A DNA stretch of 64,000 nucleotides from a virus: positions 66,480-130,479 of IMG/VR virus record IMGVR_UViG_3300020185_000013. One strand, 5' to 3'. The position numbers were made by a program, and so were the translations under genes. A model generated the notes under the pieces. The model searched no databases and was not told where the DNA came from. It saw only the letters and a list, made by a program, of their open reading frames with translations. Of this stretch, positions 39,475 through 50,118 are shown piece by piece. Each line of letters begins with the position of its first letter. Positions within the stretch are counted from its first letter, which is position 1.

Positions 39475-39879
39475 ATGAAACCCGTAAAAATATTCGAGAA
39501 ATATAAATTAGATAAAGATATTCAATTTATAATTGATGAAATTTTATCAGAAAATGGTTATGATAGTTGGGAAGATTTCCTAGAAGATCAATCATTAGGA
39601 GATTGTCAAGGTATTATATCAGAAGTTTCAAATATAATTAAGTCAAATAAACTAAAGGGATTTAAGTCTGTTTTTGGTGAAATTGAAATAATAGATATGG
39701 CACATGACGAAAATGATTTAGGTAAAATTATGACACATCATTGGATCATGTATAAAAAAGAGATTTTAGATTTTAGTAAAGGCACATTAAAAGATTTTAT
39801 TGATTCAAATGATTATACTTCAATATATGCAGATACAGATGCATTAGACTTTAATCCTATCAGAATAACTAATATATGA
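39475..39879 (+). CDS. Possible transglutaminase/papain-fold protein inserted between terminase genes
   Basis: GDC...G...HHW......ILD (Cys-His-Asp order); MKPVKIFE N-terminus; very AT-rich. Confidence 0.45.
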   Translation: MKPVKIFEKYKLDKDIQFIIDEILSENGYDSWEDFLEDQSLGDCQGIISEVSNIIKSNKLKGFKSVFGEIEIIDMAHDENDLGKIMTHHWIMYKKEILDFSKGTLKDFIDSNDYTSIYADTDALDFNPIRITNI

Positions 39880-41705
39880 GCGATTACGTAGGAGATAATA
39901 GATGGATCCCGAAAGAAGAGGGTGATGTACAGTCAGATAGAATTGTTTGGTCTACTAGACAAGTGGACGACCTGATGGTTGCACTTGACCAGGGTTATCG
40001 TCCAAAAGTTAAAATGCCCTTTTATGAGGGTAAGCAATTCTTAAGAAAGGGTAATATTGTCTTTGAATATACTGATGATGAAATTGCAGAACTTGCAAGA
40101 TGCGCAACTGATATTGTATATTTTGCTGAGAAATATGCGGTAGTAATGACCGATGATGGTATTAAAAGGGTAAAACTTCGTGAATACCAAAAAAGGATGC
40201 TACGTAATTTCCAAAGTGAAAGATTCAATATTGTACTTGCATCAAGACAGATGGGTAAAACCGTAACAGCATCGATTTATAATGCATGGTATGTTACATT
40301 TAATACTGATAAGAACACTCTTCTACTTGCAAATAAAAGTGATACGACAAAAGAAATCATTGATAAGGCAAAAGTAGTACTTGAGAACCTTCCATTCTTT
40401 ATGAAGCCAGGTATTATTAAGTACGATGTAATGAATGTTCGTTGTGATAATGGTTGCCGTTTAATTGGACAATCTACAACGGCAAAGGCAGGTATTGGTT
40501 TTACCATTCATAACCTGTACATTGATGAGTTCGCACACATTCACCCATCGATTGCCGATTCTTTTTATGAAAACGTTTATCCTACACTATCAGCTTCGAA
40601 AGTATCAAGACTAACGATTACTTCGACTCCAAATGGTTTCAATAAATTCTATGAAATCTATGCTGCCGCTGAACGTGGTGATAATGAGTATTCCTCAATG
40701 CGTATCGACTGGTGGGAACACCCAGAACGCGATGATGCATGGTACCAACGAGAACTTGGAAACCTTGGTTCAATTGAAGCATTCAATAAGCAATATGGTA
40801 ATGAATTCGTAAGTTCTTCAAACCTGTTAATGGATCCTGTCGATATGAAAAGGATGAGAAAGAGAATGAAGAAATATGTCTATCATGACCTAGAAGAATT
40901 TGAAAACATTGGAATTGACGTTGAAGGATTTTTAGCATGGGATCCTGAATTTGATATTGAAGATGCAAGATTTAGTGAAAACTTCTGGCTATTTGATGTT
41001 GATATTGCTGAAGGAAATGGCGGTGACTATTCAGTAATTAATGTGTTCCAAGTTTCTCCAATGGATTTTAAAGAGATTGAAAATGTTAATAATCCAGGAG
41101 CAATGTATGATTTCTTTAAATTAAAGCAAGTTGCCCGTTTTAGAAGTAATGAGCATGTAATTGAAGATTTTGCAAAAGTACTATATACACTTGCACTAGA
41201 CGTATTCTACAATGAGAACGTAAAAATGATCGTTGAATATAACACATATGGTTCAGTTCTATTCCAGTACTTAAGAACAGTTTTCCCACAACGCAATGAC
41301 TTTGATGAAGAGATGGTGATTAGATTTAGACACCGCCACGATGCAAGAACCCTAAAGCCTGGTATTAAACTAAAATCAGATAATAAAGCAATCTTTTGTC
41401 AAAACTTTTCAAAGCTCTACAAAAATAATAGAATTGACATAACCGATGATGAAACCATTTCTGAAGCAAGTTTATTTGGTGTCCTACCAAATGGAAGTTA
41501 TGGTGCTCAAATGGGTAACGATGACCTTATTATGACATGTATTACAGCAACTGAATTCTTTAATACTACCGATTACGCCGATTACATTGAAGAGCTTCTT
41601 GATTTTGTCGACTCGGAACTTCAATCAAAAATGGAAGAAGTCTTATATAAAGACATGGAAAGTGATGGTGATCTTCAATATGATATTTACGATCTATTGA
41701 AATAA
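39876..41705 (+). CDS. Terminase large subunit (gp17-like)
   Basis: LREYQ, SRQMGKT, IDEFA, STPNG, D.AEG.GGDYS, NDD. Confidence 0.95.
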   Translation: MSDYVGDNRWIPKEEGDVQSDRIVWSTRQVDDLMVALDQGYRPKVKMPFYEGKQFLRKGNIVFEYTDDEIAELARCATDIVYFAEKYAVVMTDDGIKRVKLREYQKRMLRNFQSERFNIVLASRQMGKTVTASIYNAWYVTFNTDKNTLLLANKSDTTKEIIDKAKVVLENLPFFMKPGIIKYDVMNVRCDNGCRLIGQSTTAKAGIGFTIHNLYIDEFAHIHPSIADSFYENVYPTLSASKVSRLTITSTPNGFNKFYEIYAAAERGDNEYSSMRIDWWEHPERDDAWYQRELGNLGSIEAFNKQYGNEFVSSSNLLMDPVDMKRMRKRMKKYVYHDLEEFENIGIDVEGFLAWDPEFDIEDARFSENFWLFDVDIAEGNGGDYSVINVFQVSPMDFKEIENVNNPGAMYDFFKLKQVARFRSNEHVIEDFAKVLYTLALDVFYNENVKMIVEYNTYGSVLFQYLRTVFPQRNDFDEEMVIRFRHRHDARTLKPGIKLKSDNKAIFCQNFSKLYKNNRIDITDDETISEASLFGVLPNGSYGAQMGNDDLIMTCITATEFFNTTDYADYIEELLDFVDSELQSKMEEVLYKDMESDGDLQYDIYDLLK

Positions 41706-41755
41706 AACCAAATCACAAGGATATATAATATAGAAAAAAAACAAAATATAGAATT

Positions 41756-44659
41756 ATGGCATTAAGTCCTCAATTACAGCAATTCAAGAGCTCTGGTGTT
41801 TACCGTCTTGAATTCGACAAATCTCAAACCGTTAACATTCCGGCAGAGACTATTAGACTTGTTGTTGGACACTCAAAGAAGGGACCTTACAATACTCCTA
41901 TCTTTGTAGAAGACACTGAAACTTTTATTCAGATCTTCGGTTCAATTGATAAATCTTTAGAGAGAAAAGGAATGTATTTCCACAGATCTGCGATCGAAAC
42001 TCTTACAAGAGGTCCTATCTTAGCACTGAACTTAACTTCAGCTAACGATACTGACAAGGCGTACTGGGTTTCTCCAACGACTAACGGTTCTGTTCAAGGA
42101 AATCCTGCTATCACTGGAGAAGCTCTTTATAGAGACATTTTTAACAGAGATAAGTTTTGGATTCCACAAGATGAAAAACTTCTAAACATTGCAGGAAATA
42201 CTTCAGCAACGTCTGATAACGCAATTTCATTTACAAACATCAAACAAGATCCAATCACTGTAGTAGTTACTCAGGCTGGAGATACTAGAGGCTTTGATGT
42301 TACTGCAAGAGAATGGTACGGAGAAGGAAACGCTCCAGAAGGAGTTGACGATCTAGACTACATCTCAGATTACATGGTAGATGTTTACGTATTTAAAGGT
42401 AGATTCGTAACTTCTGAGTTAAACAACGATCCAACTTATGGTAACTACTTTAACTCGAATGGTATTATCCCTGAGCAATTCGGTGCATTCGCTAACCTAA
42501 GAGAAGTATCTCTACTAGCAAAATACACTGGTTCTCTAATTCCAGACTTCCAAGATAATGAAGGAAGACAATACTACATCGAGACAATCATTAACTCTGA
42601 ATCAAGAAGAACTGGTCTTTTTGCAGCAGTTAACGAAGATGCACTTGATAGAATTGATTTCGTTGGTGAGGCATTCGATATCCACCAAGATTACGAAATG
42701 CTATCACATGTAGTTGTTCAACAACAACCAAACCAACTAAACGATCCAAGAGCTGCTGCTTTTGAAAACATCGTTTCAGTTAATGGCGATACAATGGAAA
42801 TCTCAGTAGCTGCTGGTAACTTTGCAACAATGCAAACTGCGGGTCTAGTTGCTGGTAACTTCTTAGTAGCATCAATTGCTGGCGAATACACTGAAATTCT
42901 TTCAGTTTCACACAATGCAGGTACAGGAATCGCAACAGTTGTTTGTGAAGACGATATCAGCAAAACTTACTACGAAAAATACTCAGCAGGGATCGATCCA
43001 GCTCCTTATGCTGCTGCAACTTTCGTAGGTTCAGACCTAGTATTAAACTACGCTGGTCCATTCACTGGAACTGCAGCAACATCTTACCACGATCTAGCAG
43101 CAGGAGCTTACTTACCTTCAGTTAATGCTGGAGAATATGCTAAAATCCTATCAGTTTCTGATGATGGTAACGGTACAGTAACTATCGTACCTGTAGGTAA
43201 CGGTCAGTTCTCAGCAGATTTAGCTGACGCTACCGGTGCTAATTCACCAATGGATGTATATGACCAAGCAGTTAACACAGTATTCGATCTATTCGAAATT
43301 GGTGTTAATGAAAGAACATACTTCTTCCCAAGCACTAGCGGTACTGGTTGGACATTTGAAAACGCAGCAACTGCTGGAGAATTCAAATACACTTACACTG
43401 TTCCAGCTGGACAGCCTGAAGATACTCAAATTAAAGATGGTATCAAAGTTGGAATGTATCTTCCAATTCAAGGTAGCGATAAACTTGCAAGAATCCTTGA
43501 AATCAGAAGAAAATTCGAAGCTGGTGTAAATGGTGGAACTGATGATAGATACACCTACACATTTATCTGTCACAGAGACGTACCAGTAGAACCAAACTAC
43601 GCGTTAGGTTCATTCAACTCAGCATCTGATGCTTACAAAACTTTTGTTCTTGAAGCAGCAGAAAATAGCGAGAAAACAATTAGCGAACTTCTAGCAGTTT
43701 TAATTCCAGGTAATGGAGTTTCTAACACACTAGCAGATAAAGACGCAATCACGTTCAGATACCTAGTAGATACTTTTGGTTCTTACGACTCGGCTAGCGG
43801 AATCTTAAACAAGAGAGAATTTACTCTACTTGCTAAAGAGAGACAAAATGTTTCTGCAATTCTAAACGCACCGATGGTAAAAGAATTTAAAGCTTCCATG
43901 GATCCATCATTTATCGATGAGAACACTGGAGAATTCAAGACTAGCTACATTCCAACTGGAGGTAACCTAAACTTGAACCCACAGTCTCTATATACTCTTC
44001 CATCAATCAACGATGGAGCTAGTTATGGATTCTACTTCTCACCAGGTCTAAACGTAGTAGAGAATGGAAGAACTAAAGTAATTCCACCAGCAGCATTCGC
44101 ATCAAATAACTTTATTGATAAGTATACTGAATCTTTACCATGGTCGATCGTTGCAGGTCCAAGACGCGGAGTACTAAGCGGTAGTGGAGTACAAGGAGTT
44201 GAATATGCATTTGATAAAAATGATAGAGATAACCTAGAGCCATTCGGAATCAACCCAGTTGTATTCGAAAGAGGTGCTGGAATCGTAATCAAAGGTAACA
44301 AGACTGCACAGCAAACAATTCAATCAGCATTATCTTCTGCTCACGTAAGAGAGGTATTGATCTACATTGAAGATGGTCTAGCTGCAATCTTACAGAACTA
44401 CCTATTCGAGTTCAACACTGCTCAAACTAGATTAGAGATTAAAACTCTAGCTGACTCATTCATGGAATCAGTTAAGAAAGACCAAGGTATTTACGACTAC
44501 AGAAATATCATGGACACTTCAAACAATACAACTGATGTAATTGATAACAATATGGGTGTCCTAGATACTTACGTTGAGCCAGTTAAAGGTCTTGAAATCC
44601 TAGTTTCTAGAGTAACAGTACTAAATACTGGAGACATTGAATCAGGTAATTTCTCATAA
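41756..44659 (+). CDS. Contractile tail sheath (gp18-like) with large insertion domains
   Basis: SGVY..E.D.S, KGP.N.P, AGPRRG, INP, GNKT, FEFN...TR. Confidence 0.9.
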   Translation: MALSPQLQQFKSSGVYRLEFDKSQTVNIPAETIRLVVGHSKKGPYNTPIFVEDTETFIQIFGSIDKSLERKGMYFHRSAIETLTRGPILALNLTSANDTDKAYWVSPTTNGSVQGNPAITGEALYRDIFNRDKFWIPQDEKLLNIAGNTSATSDNAISFTNIKQDPITVVVTQAGDTRGFDVTAREWYGEGNAPEGVDDLDYISDYMVDVYVFKGRFVTSELNNDPTYGNYFNSNGIIPEQFGAFANLREVSLLAKYTGSLIPDFQDNEGRQYYIETIINSESRRTGLFAAVNEDALDRIDFVGEAFDIHQDYEMLSHVVVQQQPNQLNDPRAAAFENIVSVNGDTMEISVAAGNFATMQTAGLVAGNFLVASIAGEYTEILSVSHNAGTGIATVVCEDDISKTYYEKYSAGIDPAPYAAATFVGSDLVLNYAGPFTGTAATSYHDLAAGAYLPSVNAGEYAKILSVSDDGNGTVTIVPVGNGQFSADLADATGANSPMDVYDQAVNTVFDLFEIGVNERTYFFPSTSGTGWTFENAATAGEFKYTYTVPAGQPEDTQIKDGIKVGMYLPIQGSDKLARILEIRRKFEAGVNGGTDDRYTYTFICHRDVPVEPNYALGSFNSASDAYKTFVLEAAENSEKTISELLAVLIPGNGVSNTLADKDAITFRYLVDTFGSYDSASGILNKREFTLLAKERQNVSAILNAPMVKEFKASMDPSFIDENTGEFKTSYIPTGGNLNLNPQSLYTLPSINDGASYGFYFSPGLNVVENGRTKVIPPAAFASNNFIDKYTESLPWSIVAGPRRGVLSGSGVQGVEYAFDKNDRDNLEPFGINPVVFERGAGIVIKGNKTAQQTIQSALSSAHVREVLIYIEDGLAAILQNYLFEFNTAQTRLEIKTLADSFMESVKKDQGIYDYRNIMDTSNNTTDVIDNNMGVLDTYVEPVKGLEILVSRVTVLNTGDIESGNFS

Positions 44660-44686
44660 AGATATATAAAATAAAGAACATTAACA

Positions 44687-45244
44687 ATGGCATTACCACA
44701 CTATAGAGAAGATCAAACAAGCAAGAAGAACAAACACTTCGAACCGGTACAGAGTAACCTGTTTGAGGTAAGTATTCTTCCACCAGATGGAGTAGCTGGC
44801 GCAGACCTATTACTCCAGCATATTAACTCGATCGGAGGTCTTGAGGCTTTATATCGTGAAGTTGCTGCAGTAGAACAAAAATACAAGTTCGCTACTAGAT
44901 CTTATGCTGGTATGCCGGACGGTACTGCAGTTGACATCACAGTTAACTTCTCACTGAACCTTAATGATTCAAACCAAGCTTACGTTTATAAAACACTAAG
45001 AGAATGGTACAGAAAACAATACAATCCAGAAACCGGTGAAATGGGTCTGAAAAAGGATTACGTTGGAACTCTTGTAATCGTTCAATTTAACAGAGCTGGT
45101 GATATCTACAGAAAAGTAACTCTAGAAGATTGCTTCATTACTTCCGCATTAGGATTTACTGGAGAGCTTAGCTACGAGACTACTGACCCTGCAGCTCTTG
45201 AAGTTGTATGGAGATGTGATACTTTCTCTGAAGAAATTAACTAA
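44687..45244 (+). CDS. Tail tube protein (gp19-like)
   Basis: NLFEV, W....YNP.TG, Y....I.QF.R.G; follows the sheath gene. Confidence 0.85.
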   Translation: MALPHYREDQTSKKNKHFEPVQSNLFEVSILPPDGVAGADLLLQHINSIGGLEALYREVAAVEQKYKFATRSYAGMPDGTAVDITVNFSLNLNDSNQAYVYKTLREWYRKQYNPETGEMGLKKDYVGTLVIVQFNRAGDIYRKVTLEDCFITSALGFTGELSYETTDPAALEVVWRCDTFSEEIN

Positions 45245-45257
45245 GATAGATAAGTAA

Positions 45258-45290
45258 AGGGGAAGGATCCTAGGTCCTTCCCCTCTTTTT
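45258..45290 (+). terminator. Intrinsic terminator
   Basis: AGGGGAAGGA..TCCTTCCCCT plus T run. Confidence 0.8.
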
Positions 45291-45322
45291 GCACAGAAAA
45301 CATATTAAAATATCAACATATT

Positions 45323-45550
45323 ATGTCTATAAAAAATCATAAGTTAACTAAGAAACTTCAAGTTCTCTTAACGGAAGATGAAGTTACTCAGGTTAATAGA
45401 CTGATACTGATGGATGCGATTGAAACTGAGACCCGTCCCATTTCCGTCAGTGCATTCATTAGAGGTCTCATACAAAAGGAATTAGAGAATAAAATTCCAG
45501 AACAAAGGTCAATAACTAAAGAACAAATTCGAAAAATCAATAACTCATGA
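45323..45550 (+). CDS. Small protein, possibly ribbon-helix-helix
   Basis: K.QVLLT.DE...SVSAFIR.LI pattern. Confidence 0.45.
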   Translation: MSIKNHKLTKKLQVLLTEDEVTQVNRLILMDAIETETRPISVSAFIRGLIQKELENKIPEQRSITKEQIRKINNS

Positions 45551-46527
45551 GTGAAGAAATCAACAGAAATGGCGAAGATCTAGCAAGAGAGCTAGAAGCT
45601 AGAGAAAGACAAGCTTCAACTCCATCTGATCAAACTGCATCAATGGAAGAAGCAATTAACAAACAGGGCTTAGGTTCTGTTAACATGGACAAATTTAAAC
45701 CAGATTCGGCAATTGCACCGGATTTAGCACTGGGATGGTATGAACTACCAATGACTAGCCTGCCATCTGAAGGCAGATTTTACCCAGCGGATATGATAAT
45801 TAAAATTAGATCTGCTAAAGTTGCTGAAATCAGACACTTTTCAACAATTGATGAAAATAATCTTTTAGACGTTGATGAAAAATTAAATGCAATTGTAGAA
45901 TCATGTACAATGGTTACTTCAAAAACAGAAAGAGTATCATATAAAGATATTTGTGAAGAAGACCGTTTTATCTTAATTCTATCAATTAGAGATTTAACTT
46001 TTCCAGAACCTGAAAATAGTTTAAAGGTTGATTGGTCAGATAAAAATGGCAAATCACACGAAGTAGAAATTAAGAGAGAATACTTTGATTACTTTAGAAT
46101 TCCTGAAGATATTGAAAAGTATTATAGTGCAGAATCTAGAGGCTATGTTATTAGAACTAGAACTTATGGCGAAATCTTCATGAAACCACCATCAATTGGA
46201 GTAATGCAAGAAATCACTAAGTACATTAAAGAACGTAGAGATAAAGGTCAATCAATCGATCAATCGCTTATTCAAGTAGCTCCATATGTTGCTACAGATT
46301 GGAGAAGATTTAATCAAAAAAGACTTTTTGAACTAGAAGTAGAGATGAATGGTTGGGATAATAAAAAGTACTTATTACTTTATAAATTAGCAGAAAAAGT
46401 AAAAGTTGGTATTAAGCCAGAAATGACCTTAACGATTGAAGGCGAGGAGGCTTTCATTCCAATTAACTTTCGCGACGGCATCAAGTCTCTTTTCATTGTT
46501 CAAGATCTCGCTGGAGAACTTCTTTAA
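45547..46527 (+). CDS. Baseplate hub/tail assembly chaperone (gp26-like)
   Basis: LPSEGRFY, D...I...IR, ends GIKSLF; lies between tube and tape measure. Confidence 0.65.
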   Translation: MSEEINRNGEDLARELEARERQASTPSDQTASMEEAINKQGLGSVNMDKFKPDSAIAPDLALGWYELPMTSLPSEGRFYPADMIIKIRSAKVAEIRHFSTIDENNLLDVDEKLNAIVESCTMVTSKTERVSYKDICEEDRFILILSIRDLTFPEPENSLKVDWSDKNGKSHEVEIKREYFDYFRIPEDIEKYYSAESRGYVIRTRTYGEIFMKPPSIGVMQEITKYIKERRDKGQSIDQSLIQVAPYVATDWRRFNQKRLFELEVEMNGWDNKKYLLLYKLAEKVKVGIKPEMTLTIEGEEAFIPINFRDGIKSLFIVQDLAGELL

Positions 46528-46744
46528 GATTAGGTTTTGGATTTATAAACACCTACATCTACAGCCAAGTGAACTTAACAATATGGAATACTACGAGTAC
46601 CATTATATTGTCAAAGACCTTGCTGAATATGTTAAGAAAGAAAACGAAGCACAAAAAGGACAACAGGATCAAGCAGGCTCAGCAATGGGCAACATGAAGG
46701 TACCAAATATAAAAGTACCTAAAATGAGCGTTCCTAAATTCTAA
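46496..46744 (+). CDS. gp51-like chaperone; start uncertain (TTG 46496 or frameshift fusion)
   Basis: SLENFFK.RF....H....SEL.NM.YYE..Y.V..L resembles T4-like gp51. Confidence 0.55.
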   Translation: MFKISLENFFKIRFWIYKHLHLQPSELNNMEYYEYHYIVKDLAEYVKKENEAQKGQQDQAGSAMGNMKVPNIKVPKMSVPKF

Positions 46745-46747
46745 TCG

Positions 46748-46777
46748 AGAAAGGAGAGCTTAAGCTCTCCTTTCTTT
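46748..46777 (+). terminator. Hairpin terminator, immediately followed by GATATATA
   Basis: AGAAAGGAGAGC..GCTCTCCTTTCT. Confidence 0.75.
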
Positions 46778-46820
46778 GATATATAATACTAGATTATAGG
46801 TCTAAAAATAAAAGAACACT

Positions 46821-49382
46821 GTGACCGAAAAGCAATTTACAGCAATATTATCACCGGCACAAAAGCTAGCAAGCGTTGCGTCAAATATTGAAGAAAAAGT
46901 AACTATGATGTATGAGCTTTCAGTAGAAAGCTTAAAGCAGAATGAAACACAAGTTACTGAATTAAAACAGCAAACTTCTATTCTTAAGGACATTAAAGAC
47001 CTTTTAAAAGGTCAGAATAAGGTCATTAACGAAGGAGGTAAAAAGGGCAGTGGATCTTTTGCAGGGTTGGATAAGTTAAATAAAGACACTGTTGGTATAG
47101 CAGCAATGGCAATGATAGGAATATCAGCGGCAATTGTTGCAAGTGCTGCAATGTTTACTTTAATCCCCAATGTTTCACCAGCACAATTATTAACGGCACT
47201 AGCGATTTCAGTTGCCTTTATTCCAATGTCAATCGCATTTTCTAAGATTGCGAGTATTTTAGCAAGTGTAAAAGGAACAAAAAGTGCTACTCTACCAACT
47301 GGATTAAAGCTAACCGGATCTGATAATTCTGGATTCATGCAATTAGCAGGGGCTGCTCTACTTTCAATGGTAGGTATGTCATTTGCAGTCGCAATGTCAT
47401 CTTGGATATTACAATTAGTTATGCCAGTTTCAATGGCTCAAGTTGGTACGGCATTCTTTATAGGACTTGCAATGGTAGGACTTGCATATGGATATGCTCA
47501 AGTCGTAAAGGCTCTTGCTGGAGTTAAAGAAAAAAGAACTGGAAAGGTAAACTCTGGTGACATATTCTCAATGGTTGGAGGCGCTTTAATTTCAATGGTA
47601 GGTATGGCAGTTGCAGTTACCATGTCATCTTGGATATTACAAATGGTTATGCCAGTTTCAATGGCTCAAGTTGGAACTGCATTCTTTATAGGACTTGCAA
47701 TGGTAGGTATGGCATATGGATATGCTCAAGTTGTCAAGGCTCTTGCTAGAGTTAAAGAAAAAAGAACTGGAAGAGTTAATAGTAAAGACCTATTTTCAAT
47801 GGTTGGTGGTGCGCTGCTTTCAATGGTTGGTATGGCAGCTGCTGTTACTGTATCTTCATGGATAATGCAAATGATTGTTCCAGTTTCAATGGCACAGTTG
47901 GGAACTGCATTTGCAATAGGTATTGTAATGATAGGCGCAGCATATGCATATAGCTTAATTGCTAAATCTACTAAAAGATTAAAGATTAAAGACGTGCTTA
48001 TGGCTACTGCTACAATTCCATTAATTGCAATTGGATTAACTGCAGCTGCATGGATCTTTACATTTTTACCAGATACATTTAAAGCTCCTCCATTAGAATG
48101 GACTCTTAAGGCTGGAGCAGCACTTGTTGTTTTTGGATTAACATTCGTTGCAATGGTAAAAACAGTAGCTAAACTACCACTCAAAGACATATTAATGGGC
48201 GTTGTTGGCATGGCTGCAGTTGCTGTAGGTATTCTTGCAGTTGCTTGGATCTTTAGTATTCTACCAGATACATTTACTGAAGTCCCAATGGGATGGGTAC
48301 TTGGATCAGTAGTTGCCCTAATTGGATTTGGTGTTGTAGTCGGTGTTATTGGTGCTATTATTATGGCTACAGGAGGTACTGGTCTTGCAGCAATTGCTCT
48401 AGGGGTTGTCGGAATGATTATAATTGCAGCTGGTATACTTGCAGTTGCATGGATATTATCATATGTACCTGCTGGTAAATTGGCTGAGGTTGCAAAGGGG
48501 TTAACTGACGCGCTACTGACTCCAGTAAATGGTATTGTTGATATTCTTGCTCGTTTAAAAAATGAAATTGGAGTTGAAAATCTTGTTCCTCTTGCAGGAG
48601 GTATTCTTGCAATTTCAGGATCTCTTATTGCTCTTGCAGCTGCCACTGCTGGAGTTGCAGTTGCTGGACTTGGAGCCTCTATTGCAGAAGCTGGATCAGC
48701 CATAATTAGTATGGTTACTGGAACTAAAAAACCAGATGGACCAATACAAATTCTAGAAAAATTGACAGACATGGCCTCGTCAATCCAAAAAAGTGCTAAT
48801 GCCATGAAACCATTATCTGAAAGTTTTAAAAGTCTTATTGACCTAGCAACTGTCGATAATATCAATAAACTCAGAGACCTGTCGCTAGCTCCATTGTTGC
48901 TTCAAGGTCCAATGTATCAAGCGACTGGTATGCATATGTATCAATATTTTCAAGAGTACCCAAAATTCTTAAAAGACGTTGCAAAAGGTTTTGAAGCTAT
49001 TAAAACTGCACAGTCTGGAATGGATATGCAAATAATGGATAAGACAACTGAAATGATTAAGGCTCTTGCATATCTAAGTGAATTTGGAGGAGACAATGCA
49101 ATGGAAAAACTTGGAGAATCATTAGTTAATGCAGTTAGCGAGCTGTCAGAAATGATTAATAAGTTTGGATTTGAGATTGCTACTCAGACTAAAAATGGTG
49201 CTAAATCTTCAGGTGCTCTTGAAAAAGCAACGGGAGCTATTTCTAGCTTTGTTTCTAAATTTACAGGAGATGGTAGCGACTCTTCATCAACTCCTCAAAT
49301 CTCTAACTCTGATATGGGAGAGGTTGTTGATGCAATTGAAGAACTACAAAGAATAGTTAAGAGAAATAAAGGATTTGCATAA
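46821..49382 (+). CDS. Tape-measure-like protein
   Basis: 853 aa, Ala/Gly/hydrophobic helical repeats, position after the chaperones. Confidence 0.7.
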   Translation: MTEKQFTAILSPAQKLASVASNIEEKVTMMYELSVESLKQNETQVTELKQQTSILKDIKDLLKGQNKVINEGGKKGSGSFAGLDKLNKDTVGIAAMAMIGISAAIVASAAMFTLIPNVSPAQLLTALAISVAFIPMSIAFSKIASILASVKGTKSATLPTGLKLTGSDNSGFMQLAGAALLSMVGMSFAVAMSSWILQLVMPVSMAQVGTAFFIGLAMVGLAYGYAQVVKALAGVKEKRTGKVNSGDIFSMVGGALISMVGMAVAVTMSSWILQMVMPVSMAQVGTAFFIGLAMVGMAYGYAQVVKALARVKEKRTGRVNSKDLFSMVGGALLSMVGMAAAVTVSSWIMQMIVPVSMAQLGTAFAIGIVMIGAAYAYSLIAKSTKRLKIKDVLMATATIPLIAIGLTAAAWIFTFLPDTFKAPPLEWTLKAGAALVVFGLTFVAMVKTVAKLPLKDILMGVVGMAAVAVGILAVAWIFSILPDTFTEVPMGWVLGSVVALIGFGVVVGVIGAIIMATGGTGLAAIALGVVGMIIIAAGILAVAWILSYVPAGKLAEVAKGLTDALLTPVNGIVDILARLKNEIGVENLVPLAGGILAISGSLIALAAATAGVAVAGLGASIAEAGSAIISMVTGTKKPDGPIQILEKLTDMASSIQKSANAMKPLSESFKSLIDLATVDNINKLRDLSLAPLLLQGPMYQATGMHMYQYFQEYPKFLKDVAKGFEAIKTAQSGMDMQIMDKTTEMIKALAYLSEFGGDNAMEKLGESLVNAVSELSEMINKFGFEIATQTKNGAKSSGALEKATGAISSFVSKFTGDGSDSSSTPQISNSDMGEVVDAIEELQRIVKRNKGFA
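47350..47950 (+). repeat. 228-nt (76-aa) tandem repeat, about 2.6 copies
   Basis: TCAATGG anchor at 47364, 47592 and 47820. Confidence 0.85.
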
Positions 49383-50086
49383 TGGCAAATGACTCACTTC
49401 ATTTTAATTCTCCAGGTAGCACATTCTCTAAAATAAATGCGAATGGTAATCCAAGTGCAATTAATCCTCCACCAACTCAAATAACTTCTCAAATTGATAC
49501 AACATCTGGCATAAATAAGTCAATTTCTCAGACTGAATCAGCAGCTGATCAAAAAAATGCTGAATATAGATCTATTAGAGAAAAAGAGATGGTTGATCCA
49601 AGCGTGCAGGCAAATTCAGAAATTAATAATAATATTAAGAATCCTAAACCTGTAAACTTTGAAAACACAACAGATACTGATATAAGTCCGAAATATGGTA
49701 GTTTAGAGCCTCAACCTAGAAGTCCAAATATTGATATTATTGAAACTAAAACTTCAAGAAATAGTTCAGATACTGAACAGGGTTTGATAGAAAGGACTGC
49801 AATGTCAAAAATGAATACTTGGATGTCTGACGCTGGATCTAATTCTCAAGAAATCAAAGGTGTAGAACCAAAAGATCCAGATACAAAGACACAGAAGAGT
49901 AAAAAGACTGGAGTAGGAATGGTACCTGCTCTTGATAGAAATCGAGAGAAAACTTCTATTCCAGACTCTAATAAAAGACCTCAGCCTTCTAACCCTAACA
50001 TTGGGAGCGGCCCAGCACCAACAAAGCCAGTTGGCCCAAAGTTAAAAGTTCCTAAAATTTCTGTTCCAAAAATGAAACTACGTTAA
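49382..50086 (+). CDS. Low-complexity S/N/P/K-rich hypothetical
   Basis: ORF coupled to the tape measure stop; ends KVPKISVPK. Confidence 0.55.
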   Translation: MANDSLHFNSPGSTFSKINANGNPSAINPPPTQITSQIDTTSGINKSISQTESAADQKNAEYRSIREKEMVDPSVQANSEINNNIKNPKPVNFENTTDTDISPKYGSLEPQPRSPNIDIIETKTSRNSSDTEQGLIERTAMSKMNTWMSDAGSNSQEIKGVEPKDPDTKTQKSKKTGVGMVPALDRNREKTSIPDSNKRPQPSNPNIGSGPAPTKPVGPKLKVPKISVPKMKLR

Positions 50087-50100
50087 ATTAGCTCATATAA
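50074..50100 (+). promoter_or_regulatory. Class II motif GAAAC-N17-TATAA
   Basis: Exact spacing; a second copy at 50335-50361 precedes tRNA-Arg. Confidence 0.7.
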
Positions 50101-50118
50101 CTACCAAACAGTTTAAAT

